51,952 nt of DNA from Patescibacteria group bacterium. Lineage in GTDB: Bacteria; Patescibacteriota; Minisyncoccia; Phycocordibacterales; UBA12079. Each line of letters starts with the position of its first letter. The first letter of the stretch is position 1. The translations under genes and the position numbers were made by a program. Under the pieces are notes generated by a model. That model made no database searches. It was not told the origin of the DNA and saw only the letters and a program-made list of their open reading frames with translations. Location: positions 1 to 51,952 of the forward strand of contig JAYEKM010000003.1 in the NCBI GenBank assembly GCA_034661035.1, read 5' to 3'. This document shows, one piece after another, positions 28,104 through 37,627 of this stretch.

Positions 28104-29315
28104 ATGAAAAAGTTTTTTGTTATTTCGTTCGCGATGTTGATGTTGTCCATATTTGCAATACCCGCCATGGCAGGAGTGAAAATCGGAGGAATTGTCTTTA
28201 CCGATTTTTATTATTTGGACAGAGACAAGAAAAATGCTGAGGATTGGGGATTAGGTAACGGTACCTGCTCCTATAATACTACTGCAATCCAAGTTCCCAA
28301 TATCACTCGATTGAATGTCCGGTGGACCAATGAGGATAACGTGGGAATGTACATAGAGCTTGGCGTTGGTCAACAATGGGGTAATGTTGAATGGGGCTGG
28401 GATGATGGAGTTGAACTCCGTCACGCCTACGGCTGGTGGGAAGTAAATTCAAATTTGAAGTTAACCGCTGGAAAAACAACAACCCCGTTTTCTCCCTTGC
28501 ACCCCTCACAATTGTTAGGTACCCGATCGGGTAGCTATAATGTCATTGGGGCTGGCTTTGGCGATATTTATCCCAGCAGGGTTGCCCAAGTAAGGGGGAC
28601 TTATAAGTTTAATAAAACGGTAAAATTAGCCCTTGCTTTAGTTGATCCGAACGGCGTAGCTGATGTAGTCGGTGATAAAGGACCTTGGTCATCAAGGGTT
28701 GAATATTCCACAAAAATCCCTCGAGTAGACATTGGTGTGCCAATAACATTAAGTTGGATAAAGTTTTATCCCAGTTTGATGTGGCAACGTCGGACAGTGG
28801 ACAACCTCAGGCAATCGGATTATGCGAAGGAACATGGGTATCCTACTGATGATGCCATGACCACCTATGTTGCTTCGTTGGGTTTCAAGACTGGATATGG
28901 TCCATTATCTTTTTCAGCAGAAGGTAATTGGGGTAAGAATTGGGGGAATGCCGCTGGTTTTATGGGATACACCTATCCGGCAATATTTTCATCCGCTGGG
29001 TATAAAGATGGAAATATCAACGATGCCGACAGTCATTCTTTCTGGCTTGACCTGTCTTATAAGGTTGGTATAGCCACCCCTCACCTGATGTATGGGGAAA
29101 TGAAAACAAGCAATGCTTACGGGGATATTGACCTCGATTCCAAAGCTTCAATGTATGGGGTGAGTTGCCCTATAGAAATAGCCAAGGGTTTTAGTATACG
29201 GCCTGAGGTTATGTTTTACGACGAGGGAATCGTTCAAGTTCGTGGCTCGGAAGAAGAAGACTACGATGCTGGTAAGTACATGATTGCCGGCGTTCAATTC
29301 CAAATCACCTTCTAA
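28104..29315 (+). CDS. Outer-membrane porin-like beta-barrel protein
   Basis: Signal peptide ending AMA, porin-type LRHAYG.W, amphipathic strands, and C-terminal GVQFQITF (terminal Phe). Visibly more GC-rich than the flanks. Confidence 0.75.
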   Translation: MKKFFVISFAMLMLSIFAIPAMAGVKIGGIVFTDFYYLDRDKKNAEDWGLGNGTCSYNTTAIQVPNITRLNVRWTNEDNVGMYIELGVGQQWGNVEWGWDDGVELRHAYGWWEVNSNLKLTAGKTTTPFSPLHPSQLLGTRSGSYNVIGAGFGDIYPSRVAQVRGTYKFNKTVKLALALVDPNGVADVVGDKGPWSSRVEYSTKIPRVDIGVPITLSWIKFYPSLMWQRRTVDNLRQSDYAKEHGYPTDDAMTTYVASLGFKTGYGPLSFSAEGNWGKNWGNAAGFMGYTYPAIFSSAGYKDGNINDADSHSFWLDLSYKVGIATPHLMYGEMKTSNAYGDIDLDSKASMYGVSCPIEIAKGFSIRPEVMFYDEGIVQVRGSEEEDYDAGKYMIAGVQFQITF

Positions 29316-29343
29316 ATTTTGTTCTTTGCTCATAACGAGTGAC

Positions 29344-29376
29344 AAGGTCGAAAGCTTTTTAGCTTTCGGCCTTTTT
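29344..29376 (+). terminator. Intrinsic terminator
   Basis: AAGGTCGAAAGCT-TTTT-AGCTTTCGGCCTT followed by a T-run. Confidence 0.85.
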
Positions 29377-29514
29377 ATTTTTTTGAGTTAGTTTGTTCCA
29401 GATAGAAAGTATTAAGTATTTTTCTAACATTTCTCAGTTAAGGTATAGTAAATTTCGCGGTTGTGAGTTTCTCTTTGAATGATTTTTTAATTGGCTTCTA
29501 GTTGGTTGAAATAT

Positions 29515-30072
29515 TTAATCTCTATTTACTAATTTTGTAAAAGAATAAAGAATGATTGTTATTACTAGGTAAAATAGGTAATCAAAGATGACGTAATGGT
29601 AGAAGCTACCAAAGTTAACAATCCATTCATTGATAGGGATATTATCTATAACATCTTTGATTTGGTGATTTAAAAGGGGATAAGGCCAACCGTGGAGGGT
29701 ACTCATAATAGTACCACCGATTTTGGCTTTGGTGATAAATAAGGAAAGAGCGACTAAAAGGAAAGGAATAAAAAGGATTGTCCGGATATCAATTCCTAAA
29801 TTTATTTGATCGATAGTTATCCTGTTAGTTGGTGAAGTCTTGATAACTGGAGTGTGGGGAGTTTGGGCTTGCCCAGATGTTTGAACCTTATTTTTTTTAA
29901 GATTAACAAGTTCTTGCTGACGCTCCATTTCTTTCTTATAGTATTCAACAATATTTTCAAATAGGTTTTTAGGACGTGTTTTGGCTTTCACCCCCAAAGG
30001 AGCTTTCTTTTTCTTCTTATTATTCAAAAAGATCGTAAAGAAAACAGCTATTACAATTGGTAGAATCTCCAT
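29515..30072 (-). CDS. Hypothetical membrane protein
   Basis: 185-aa ORF with an N-terminal anchor, two further hydrophobic segments and HGWPYP. Confidence 0.6.
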   Translation of the reverse strand: MEILPIVIAVFFTIFLNNKKKKKAPLGVKAKTRPKNLFENIVEYYKKEMERQQELVNLKKNKVQTSGQAQTPHTPVIKTSPTNRITIDQINLGIDIRTILFIPFLLVALSLFITKAKIGGTIMSTLHGWPYPLLNHQIKDVIDNIPINEWIVNFGSFYHYVIFDYLFYLVITIILYSFTKLVNRD

Positions 30073-30192
30073 ATAAAAAGTATAGCATATTAGATGTATA
30101 TTTTTGTTTAAAAATCTTTTTTACTACAGCTGATTCAATATTTAAATGGAGAAAGAGGGGTAATTATGGGGAAGGTAGATTAATGATATAAT

Positions 30193-31671
30193 ATGAAGAT
30201 GAAGTTAACCAAAACAGATTTTAAAAAATATCTAATTTGTCCGGAGTGTTTATGGTTGGAGAAAAAAGCTCCTGATGAATTTGAAAAAGCAGAAATTTCT
30301 GATTTTTTACAAAAATTAATCCAAGATGGTTATGATGTTGAGGAAGAAGTTCAGAAGTTGTTTCCCTCTGGAGTTTTTTTAGATGATAAAAAAGATGAAG
30401 TTTTAATTCAGAAAACTCAGGAAGAATTAAAGAAGAAGGGAACGATTTTTCAAGCCACCTTTAAATCAAAAAGAAATTTATTTCTTAAAGCTGATGTTTT
30501 TAGATTCAATGAAGAAACCTCAAAGTGGGATTTATATGAAGTAAAATCTAGCTCAGGAATTAAGACTGATTTGATGCATAATCACATTAAAGATATTTGT
30601 TTCCAAAAAATAGTGCTCGAAGAATGTGAAATAGATATTGGGGAGTGTTATATTGTTCATCTTAATAGAGATTATATAAGAAAAGGGGAGTTAGATTTAA
30701 TTAAACTTTTTGTCTTTGAAGAAGTTTCAGAAAAAATTAATGAAGTTCACTCCGAAACCTCTTTTCATATTAGTGAGGCTTTAAAATTATTAGAAGAAGA
30801 CGATTTAATAATCAATTTTTGTTCTTGTCTATATAAAAGTGCTGGACAAAGATGCGATTGTTTCGCTAAATTTAATCCACAGGTCCCCGAATACTCTACA
30901 GCTCATATCTTACGAGGTAAGAAATTAGCTGAGTTGGTGAATGACGATATTTTTGACCCTAAAGATATCCCAAGTAGTTTTAAATTAACTGAACCTCAAA
31001 AAATAAAAGTTGACTTGCAAAAGATAGGGAAGCCGGTGATTGATGTTGTTAATATCAGAGAGACTTTGGGGGAATTGCAATACCCTTTATATTTTTTGGA
31101 TTACGAAACACTTCTAAAACCAATTCCTCAGCTAGATGGGTATAATCCTAACTCACAAATTGTTTTTCAGTATTCTCTTCATATTATGCAAGAAAATGGC
31201 GAAATAGAACACCGTGAATATTTAGCTAGTGATTTGGCAAACTCTACCTCCGAATTAGTAAAATCTTTAAAAAAAGATATTGGTGATAAGGGTTCAGTTT
31301 TGGTTTGGTATGAGCCTTTTGAAAAAACTAGAAATAAAGAATTAGGAAAATTACATCCAGAATATGAATTGTTTTTTAATGATATAAATAATAGGGTTTT
31401 TGATTTAATGAAGATTTTTAAGAAAGATTATTTAATGCCTGAATTCAAAGGAAGTGCTTCCATAAAAAAAGTTTTACCAGTGTTAGTACCAGAGCTTTCA
31501 TATAAAGAATTAGAGGTGCAAGATGGAACTATGGCGATGTCTGTTTGGGAAAAAATGCTAGAGACTGATGACGGACAAGAAAGACAAAAACTTCGTAAAA
31601 GTCTCTTAGATTATTGTAAATTAGATACTTGGGCAATGGTCAAAATTTTTAAAATAATCAATGACCTCTAG
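30193..31671 (+). CDS. DUF2779-like protein (PD-(D/E)XK nuclease-like N-terminus, RNase H-like C-terminus)
   Basis: LTKTDF..Y..CP..LWL, KAD...YEVKSS, PLYFLDYET, FQYSLH, GSASIKKVLP and L.YC.LDT.AM motifs. Confidence 0.8.
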   Translation: MKMKLTKTDFKKYLICPECLWLEKKAPDEFEKAEISDFLQKLIQDGYDVEEEVQKLFPSGVFLDDKKDEVLIQKTQEELKKKGTIFQATFKSKRNLFLKADVFRFNEETSKWDLYEVKSSSGIKTDLMHNHIKDICFQKIVLEECEIDIGECYIVHLNRDYIRKGELDLIKLFVFEEVSEKINEVHSETSFHISEALKLLEEDDLIINFCSCLYKSAGQRCDCFAKFNPQVPEYSTAHILRGKKLAELVNDDIFDPKDIPSSFKLTEPQKIKVDLQKIGKPVIDVVNIRETLGELQYPLYFLDYETLLKPIPQLDGYNPNSQIVFQYSLHIMQENGEIEHREYLASDLANSTSELVKSLKKDIGDKGSVLVWYEPFEKTRNKELGKLHPEYELFFNDINNRVFDLMKIFKKDYLMPEFKGSASIKKVLPVLVPELSYKELEVQDGTMAMSVWEKMLETDDGQERQKLRKSLLDYCKLDTWAMVKIFKIINDL

Positions 31672-31828
31672 CCGTGTTTATTACTAAATATTGACTATAA
31701 AACGGGTAAAATTCGCTCTAGAAACGATTTAGAAGGAAAAACGAAGAATGCCACAGGAGACTACAAAAGATAGCTTATTTTCTATAAATTACTGTTGGAT
31801 AGATACAATAAAGACTGTGAATTTTGCC

Positions 31829-31847
31829 ACTTGCGAGAGGTAATGAG
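31829..31847 (+). repeat. 19-bp direct repeat copy 1 (ACTTGCGAGAGGTAATGAG)
   Basis: Exact copy at 32443-32461. Confidence 0.85.
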
Positions 31848-31858
31848 AGATAAATAAC

Positions 31859-31911
31859 CACTCAGAGGCCCAACCCTGCCTGTCCGGTAGGCAGGGTTGG
31901 GTCTCTAAGTG
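31859..31911. repeat. 53-bp GC-rich hairpin containing the CCTGCCTG.CCGG.AGGCAGG palindrome
   Basis: Arms CACTCAGAGGCCCAACCCTGCCT / AGGCAGGGTTGGGTCTCTAAGTG. Confidence 0.8.
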
Positions 31912-31920
31912 ATGGGGAAT

Positions 31921-31958
31921 AAAAAAGCCACTCAAACAGACGTGGCTGTTTGAGTGGT
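31921..31958 (-). terminator. Intrinsic terminator of the 31997-32323 ORF
   Basis: CCACTCAAACAG/CTGTTTGAGTGG stem with a T-run on the minus strand. Confidence 0.8.
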
Positions 31959-31996
31959 AATGTGGTGAGAATTAGAATTCTCATCAGTTCCACCTA

Positions 31997-32323
31997 TTAG
32001 GGGAAGATTTTATCGACTCTTTCCCGAGTGAGGATCTCGATAAAAATGATTGCTCTGATCGGGTTAATCTCAATTTCCTTTGAGATTTTTCTTATTTCTT
32101 CAGTTACATCTTTGTGGATTGGTATTATTTTTTCAATATGTATTCGAATGTTTGTTAGGGCCATATCCTGAAGAACAGTCTCAGTCACTTCTCCATCTAG
32201 AGGAGAAATTTTCTGAAAGAAATCTCTTTCAGGTTTACTCCCCTTAATTCTATAATAGGCTAGAGCGATTTCTCCCATTTCTTCTTCTGACATGTTGATG
32301 GATCTTGCTTTAAATTCATACAT
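31997..32323 (-). CDS. Hypothetical protein
   Basis: 108 aa with AAGGAGG SD, its own promoter and its own terminator. Confidence 0.75.
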   Translation of the reverse strand: MYEFKARSINMSEEEMGEIALAYYRIKGSKPERDFFQKISPLDGEVTETVLQDMALTNIRIHIEKIIPIHKDVTEEIRKISKEIEINPIRAIIFIEILTRERVDKIFP

Positions 32324-32400
32324 GTTTTTCCTCCTTTTGACAACGAACTATATCGTAAAACCTACGACTAGGTTGGCTAAAACTATTTCTAACCGATGAT

Positions 32401-32429
32401 ACTATACGTCTATAAACAAAATTAGTCAA
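32401..32429 (-). promoter_or_regulatory. Sigma70-type promoter of the 31997-32323 ORF
   Basis: Minus strand TTGACT-17 bp-TATAGT. Confidence 0.7.
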
Positions 32430-32442
32430 TAAATATGATATG

Positions 32443-32473
32443 ACTTGCGAGAGGTAATGAGTTAAGGTATAAC
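32443..32473 (+). promoter_or_regulatory. tsaC promoter overlapping direct repeat copy 2
   Basis: TTGCGA-17 bp-TATAAC, ending 8 bp before the ATG. Confidence 0.6.
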
Positions 32474-32481
32474 TGAGTTTA

Positions 32482-33078
32482 ATGGTAAAAACAAAGGCAG
32501 ATATAATAAAAATTCTGAAAAATGGAGGAGTCGGAGTTATTCCAACAGATACTATTTATGGATTGGTTGGAAGTGTTTTTTCTCGAGAAGTTGTAGATAG
32601 AATTTATCAAATCAAGGAAAGAGATGAAAAGAAACCTCTGATTGTTTTGATTAGTTGTTTAAAAGATTTAGAAGAATTTGGAGTGATTGTTGATAAAGAA
32701 ATGTTTAAGTTTTTAGAGAAATTCTGGCCTGGTAAAGTTAGTATTATTTTACCTTTTTCAAATTCAAGATTTACTTACTTAAACAAGGAGGGTCAGACTT
32801 TAGCTTTTCGGTTTCCTAATGATGAAAGATTATTAAGTATTCTAAAACAAACTGGTCCTTTAGTGGCTCCCAGCGCTAATCCTGAGGGATTAGAATCAGC
32901 TAGTAATATAGAAATGGCTAATGAGTATTTTGGGAGGGAAGTTGATTTTTATTTAGATGGTGGGGAATTAGAATCGTTACCATCAACTTTATTGGAAATA
33001 GAGTATGGAACGATCAAGATTTTACGTGAAGGCGAAAATATTGAAAAAATTTTAGCTCGTTTGGAAGAAAAAAAATAG
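32482..33078 (+). CDS. tsaC: Threonylcarbamoyl-AMP synthase (YrdC/Sua5)
   Basis: PTDTIYGL, K.R...KPL, WPG, APSAN, PST and LREG motifs. Confidence 0.95.
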   Translation: MVKTKADIIKILKNGGVGVIPTDTIYGLVGSVFSREVVDRIYQIKERDEKKPLIVLISCLKDLEEFGVIVDKEMFKFLEKFWPGKVSIILPFSNSRFTYLNKEGQTLAFRFPNDERLLSILKQTGPLVAPSANPEGLESASNIEMANEYFGREVDFYLDGGELESLPSTLLEIEYGTIKILREGENIEKILARLEEKK

Positions 33079-33210
33079 CCAAAAGCCCATAAAGTCCAAA
33101 AAGTCAGAAGCCGAAATTAAAAAATCGCAGTGTATTCTTGCGGTTTTTTGGTGAATGTTTTCCGTTAAGTCTACTTGGAGGAGTTGGGTCTTGGTGGATT
33201 TGAGGTAAAT

Positions 33211-33234
33211 AAAAAATACCCCTAGAAAGGGGTA
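33211..33234 (-). terminator. Intrinsic terminator after the DsbA-family gene
   Basis: TACCCCT-AGAA-AGGGGTA with a minus-strand T-run. Confidence 0.6.
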
Positions 33235-33250
33235 ATCGGAGGTTGTTGGT

Positions 33251-33991
33251 TTAATTTCCTTGGAGGATTAGATCAATAATTGGTTGGATAACATTGTAGG
33301 GTTGAGCTCCATTAATAGGATAAGTTTTTCCTAGTTTGGTTGCAATTAAAGTAAAGGGTGTGCCACCTTGTGCATTTGAAGTTCCTAAAACACCAGCATC
33401 TATTCCAGTTTGATATTCCTGTTGGAGTATTTCTAAGATAGCCTTGCTGTCTAGGCAAGCTAAGAATTTTTTCTCATCTATATTCATCCCTCTAGCTAAT
33501 TCTCCTAGTTGTTCTACGACAAATTTTTCTTCATTACTGAATTCTGTTTGGAAAATTTTATCAGACATTTCCCAAAATTTAGTATTTCCTCCTAGTTGAC
33601 CTGCACATTTAACAGCAGCAGATTTTTTTTCTGAAGTAACGCCATGAAGAGGAAATTGTCTAAAAATCCAAGCAACTTTTCCCTCCTTTCCATATTCATC
33701 TATGATGCGATGCATGGTTTGGTGAAATATTTTACAAAAACTACATTCAAAATCACTGAAGTTAACAAAGACTAAATTTGCATCAGGGTTTCCTAAGATG
33801 TAGTCAGTTTTTCTTATAGAATAAGGTTTTATTGTGGTTGTCTGGGTAGTTGATTGCTCGCGCTCAGTGACAACTAGTTGGTCTTCTATAAATTTCGGTT
33901 CTTTGTTAGTTGAGATGATTCCCCAAACAATTAAACCAGCTGCTATGACAATAGCTGTTGGTATTAAAAATTTGTTTGATTTCTCTTCCAT
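33251..33991 (-). CDS. DsbA-family thioredoxin-fold protein
   Basis: GNPDA, SDFECSFC (CxxC), FPL, GTP and GAQP motifs. N-terminal TM. Start set at MEEKS. Confidence 0.9.
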   Translation of the reverse strand: MEEKSNKFLIPTAIVIAAGLIVWGIISTNKEPKFIEDQLVVTEREQSTTQTTTIKPYSIRKTDYILGNPDANLVFVNFSDFECSFCKIFHQTMHRIIDEYGKEGKVAWIFRQFPLHGVTSEKKSAAVKCAGQLGGNTKFWEMSDKIFQTEFSNEEKFVVEQLGELARGMNIDEKKFLACLDSKAILEILQQEYQTGIDAGVLGTSNAQGGTPFTLIATKLGKTYPINGAQPYNVIQPIIDLILQGN

Positions 33992-34067
33992 ATTTTTGAA
34001 AAATAATTTGACTTCTCTTAATAAGAGTAACAAGTAATAATTTTATTATCAATTAATTCAATTGGAT

Positions 34068-34640
34068 TTAAAATAGAGTGTGAGTGATTGAGTTGCCATC
34101 TTCTTTTTCCCAGTGGGAAGTATCAAGGGGGATTTTTTTTATTTGAGAACCATCTTTATATTTTAGGTAGCCGTTTTTTAGAGCAAAATCATAAACACCT
34201 TTTGTGACACGAACATCATCTAGACAATACTTACGGATTTTTTCTATCTCTCCATTCTTCCACCAAGTAATAGCTTCTAGTCCATTACCACTTTTTCCTT
34301 CACCTAAAGTAGCTTGAGCAACACTGTCTAATTTGAATCTTTTCCCATAGTTGCTCTTAATTTCTTTAAGAATATCCAAACTTTTTATGGCTGTTAAATC
34401 ACCCGGGTAATGTTTGTCTAAAAGGGGAATATCAAAGTGGTCAGAGTTATAGCCAATTAACATGTCAGCTTTTTCTAAAATTGGCCACAGTCTATCAAAA
34501 TCATCTTCTAAGAAACTATCATAGGTATTTGTTTCTGAATCATGAATACAAACAATAGAGATATCTAAAAGCGCTGGATTATTTTCACCGATGTCTTCAA
34601 AAGTATTTTTTGTTTCAATGTCAAAAGTAATTTTTCTCAT
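34068..34640 (-). CDS. RNase H-like / DEDD exonuclease-domain protein (YprB-like)
   Basis: FDIET, GYN..FD.P.L, KLD.VA..TLG and YC..DV..T motifs. Confidence 0.85.
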   Translation of the reverse strand: MRKITFDIETKNTFEDIGENNPALLDISIVCIHDSETNTYDSFLEDDFDRLWPILEKADMLIGYNSDHFDIPLLDKHYPGDLTAIKSLDILKEIKSNYGKRFKLDSVAQATLGEGKSGNGLEAITWWKNGEIEKIRKYCLDDVRVTKGVYDFALKNGYLKYKDGSQIKKIPLDTSHWEKEDGNSITHTLF

Positions 34641-34652
34641 AAAATTTTTAAA

Positions 34653-34732
34653 AAGAGGTCCGACCTCTTAATTAAGATGACAACAATCTTTAGTTGTTAA
34701 ATTTTGTTTTACCGCTACTGAGGTCGGACCTC
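34653..34732. repeat. REP doublet (REPIN-like)
   Basis: AAGAGGTCCGACCTCTT (34653-34669) and inverted GAGGTCGGACCTC (34720-34732). Confidence 0.8.
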
Positions 34733-36007
34733 CTTGACAACTTCTTGTCCGTCAACTTCTTGTTCCTCACCAGTTTGGAGATTTTTTAATTGGTATTTAT
34801 TATTTTTAACTTCATTTTCTCCAATACAAATAACAAAAGGTATTCTCTTTTTGTCAGCTATTGCAATTTGATCACCAATTTTTTTGTTAGAATAATTTAC
34901 CGCTATATTAAGCCCTTGTTTTCTCAGATTGTCTGCTAGTTGGTTAGCATTTTCGAAGTAATCAGAAGATAAGGTACAAAGGTAAAGGTCTGTTTTAGAT
35001 TGATATTGAGGTAGTAGATTTCTTGATTCTAAGAAGTCTTTAATGGTGACATCTCCCATTCCAAATCCAACAGCAGGCATTTTTTCTTCTCCAAAAATGT
35101 CTAGAAGCTTGTCATAACGACCTCCTCCAAAGAGAGAACGGTTATTATCTGGGTTGGTATCAAAAAACTCAAAGACGATGCCTGTGTAATAATCAAAACC
35201 TCTAATTAGATATACATCTATCTTTGCTTGTATCCCAATTGTTTCTAGTTTATTTTTTAAATCTTTACAAATTTGTAGGTTAGGGTCTTTTTCAAATAAT
35301 TCTTTAATACTGTCTTTATCATCTAGTTTATTTTTTAATATCTGGGATTTTTCTCCTCCCAAAGCATCATCAAGCCTTTTGTTAAATTCTTCTTCAGGGA
35401 TTTTTCCAAATCGGTCAATAACTTTAATTGTTTTATTTATTTTTTCTTCATCTTCTTCGTTTAGTATCTCACGAAGAACTTTAGCTAACATTCCAGAGTA
35501 ATTTATCTTAATTTCAAAATCTTCATCCTTAGCTCCTAAAGATTTCATAATTTCATAGCCTAAAGAAATAATTTCAACCTCCGCTTCAATACCCTCTACA
35601 CCAAAAATATCAGCGTTAAGTTGCCAAAATTCTCTCAACCTCCCTTTTTGTGGTCTTTCGTAACGGAAAAAGTTTTGAATAGAATACCAACGAAGGGGAT
35701 AAGCCAATTCTCTTTTTCTCTTGGCCACCATCCTAGCTATGCTAGGAGTCATTTCTGGTCTTAAAGTTACGTCTCTCTCACCTCTATCCATGAAGGAATA
35801 AGTCTGCTCGTTGATGATTTCTTCACCTGATTTAGCTTTATATAATTCAGTTGGCTCTAAAACAGAAGTATTATATTCTTCATAGCCAAATTTTTCGGTT
35901 ATTTGTCCAGCTTTGTCAAAGATAAAATTTTGCACAGCTAAATCTTCAGGATAGAAATCCCGAGTGCCTTTGTATGGTTCTTTAGATATATTTTGTTTTT
36001 TGTTCAT
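34715..36007 (-). CDS. hisS: Histidine--tRNA ligase
   Basis: KGTRDF, LRPEMT, RYERPQKGRLREF.Q, RGFDYYTG and GGGRYD motifs. Confidence 0.97.
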   Translation of the reverse strand: MNKKQNISKEPYKGTRDFYPEDLAVQNFIFDKAGQITEKFGYEEYNTSVLEPTELYKAKSGEEIINEQTYSFMDRGERDVTLRPEMTPSIARMVAKRKRELAYPLRWYSIQNFFRYERPQKGRLREFWQLNADIFGVEGIEAEVEIISLGYEIMKSLGAKDEDFEIKINYSGMLAKVLREILNEEDEEKINKTIKVIDRFGKIPEEEFNKRLDDALGGEKSQILKNKLDDKDSIKELFEKDPNLQICKDLKNKLETIGIQAKIDVYLIRGFDYYTGIVFEFFDTNPDNNRSLFGGGRYDKLLDIFGEEKMPAVGFGMGDVTIKDFLESRNLLPQYQSKTDLYLCTLSSDYFENANQLADNLRKQGLNIAVNYSNKKIGDQIAIADKKRIPFVICIGENEVKNNKYQLKNLQTGEEQEVDGQEVVKEVRPQ

Positions 36008-36199
36008 AATCCTTAATTTTAACGAAAATATAAGGAATAAACAAGTTACTTTTTAAAATAGACATTCTAATAACCTGCAAAATACAGCTGTTGCATAGCT
36101 GTATCTTTACGATAACAATAAATTAAGTTTTAGTTATTTTTTGATGGATTGGTTTTTGGGTATTTGATTTTGCTTGATTAATTTTTGTGCTACAATTAA

Positions 36200-36407
36200 C
36201 CCTGTTAAATAGCTTTAAATTTTAAGATAAAACTTCTATATCTATGTGATATAATATAGTCAGCAATATAAGGAGATTTTGTAGAATATAAGAAAATTTA
36301 AAGTTAAAATTTGGTAGAAAAATGCTGAAAATAGCAAAATAGGGGGTAATGGTTATAAATATTTAATCAAATTAAGGTAAAAACCAAATTTTATTTAATA
36401 GGGTAAA
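36200..36407. repeat. 208-bp element bounded by CCCTGTTAAATA ... TATTTAATAGGG-TAAA
   Basis: 12-bp terminal inverted repeat (1 mismatch) plus a TAAA tail, ending 5 bp before the tyrS ATG. Confidence 0.7.
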
Positions 36408-36412
36408 TAATT

Positions 36413-37627
36413 ATGCAGATAAATACAAATGAAAAAGCAATAGATGAGGTGTTAACTCGGGGTGTGGAGCAAGTTTTTTCAGATAAAGAAGAGTTAAAAA
36501 AGTTGTTGATGTCAGGAAAACAAATTAAGTTATATTGTGGTTTTGATCCAACGGCTCCTTCCCTACATATTGGAAATGCTATTTTAATCAATAAATTAGC
36601 TCAATTTCAAAAACTTGGACATAAAGTGATTTTCTTGGTGGGCGATTTTACTGCTTTAATTGGCGATCCAACAGATAAAAGTGCTGTTCGTCCTAAATTA
36701 ACTAAAGAAGAAATTGAAAACAACGCTAAATATTACCAGCAACAAGCTTCAATTTTCTTGGATTTTGAAGGAGAGAATCCAGCCGAAATTAAATACAATT
36801 CAGAATGGAGTGATAAATTAAACTTTAGAGATTTGATTGAATTATCTTCTAATTTTACTGTGCAACAAATGATCCAAAGAGATATGTTTCAAAAAAGAAT
36901 AGAAGAAGAAAAACCAATTTATCTTCATGAATTTTTGTACCCGTTAGCTCAAGCCTATGACTCAGTGACTATGGATGTTGATTTGGAAATTGGTGGGAAT
37001 GATCAAATGTTTAACATGATGAGGGGAAGGGATTTGCAAAAAATAATTAATAATAAAGAAAAATTTGTCTTAACTCTGAAACTTCTAGCTGATGATGGTG
37101 GTAAGAAGATGGGCAAGTCAGAAGGTAATGCTATTTTCTTAGATCAGGCTCCTGAAGATATTTATGGAGCAGTAATGTCATGGCCAGATGGTTTTATTGC
37201 TAATACCTTTGAATTAATGACAAGTAAGCCTTTGGAAGAGATAGAAGAAATTAGGGCTCAAATCAAGGATAATTTAGTAAATCCTCGCGATTTAAAAATG
37301 CAATTAGCTTTTGAATTAGTGAGGACATTTTATGATGAAGAAAAAGCTGAGAAGGCTCAACAAGCCTTTGTAGAGCAATTTCAAAAGAAGGGAGTTCCAG
37401 AAGATATGAAAGTACAGAAGGTTCAGGGGAAAGAAATTTTAGATATTTTAGTTGAGACTGGTTTGAGTGATTCAAAAAGTGAAGCAAGAAGAAGTGTTGA
37501 GGAGGGCGCTGTAAAAATAAACGATGTAAAGATTGAAGATTATAAATATAATCTTGAATTAAAGAAGGGAGAAGAATTAATATTAAAGCTTGGTCGGAAA
37601 ATTATTAAAATTAGCCCCATTAAATAA
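36413..37627 (+). CDS. tyrS: Tyrosine--tRNA ligase
   Basis: YCGFDPTAPSLHIGN, IGDPT, GGNDQ.FN, KMGKS and an S4-like C-terminus. Confidence 0.97.
   Translation: MQINTNEKAIDEVLTRGVEQVFSDKEELKKLLMSGKQIKLYCGFDPTAPSLHIGNAILINKLAQFQKLGHKVIFLVGDFTALIGDPTDKSAVRPKLTKEEIENNAKYYQQQASIFLDFEGENPAEIKYNSEWSDKLNFRDLIELSSNFTVQQMIQRDMFQKRIEEEKPIYLHEFLYPLAQAYDSVTMDVDLEIGGNDQMFNMMRGRDLQKIINNKEKFVLTLKLLADDGGKKMGKSEGNAIFLDQAPEDIYGAVMSWPDGFIANTFELMTSKPLEEIEEIRAQIKDNLVNPRDLKMQLAFELVRTFYDEEKAEKAQQAFVEQFQKKGVPEDMKVQKVQGKEILDILVETGLSDSKSEARRSVEEGAVKINDVKIEDYKYNLELKKGEELILKLGRKIIKISPIK

Noticed and set aside
36200-36412. T-box riboswitch before tyrS
   Set aside because: No T-box consensus or terminator/antiterminator is visible.
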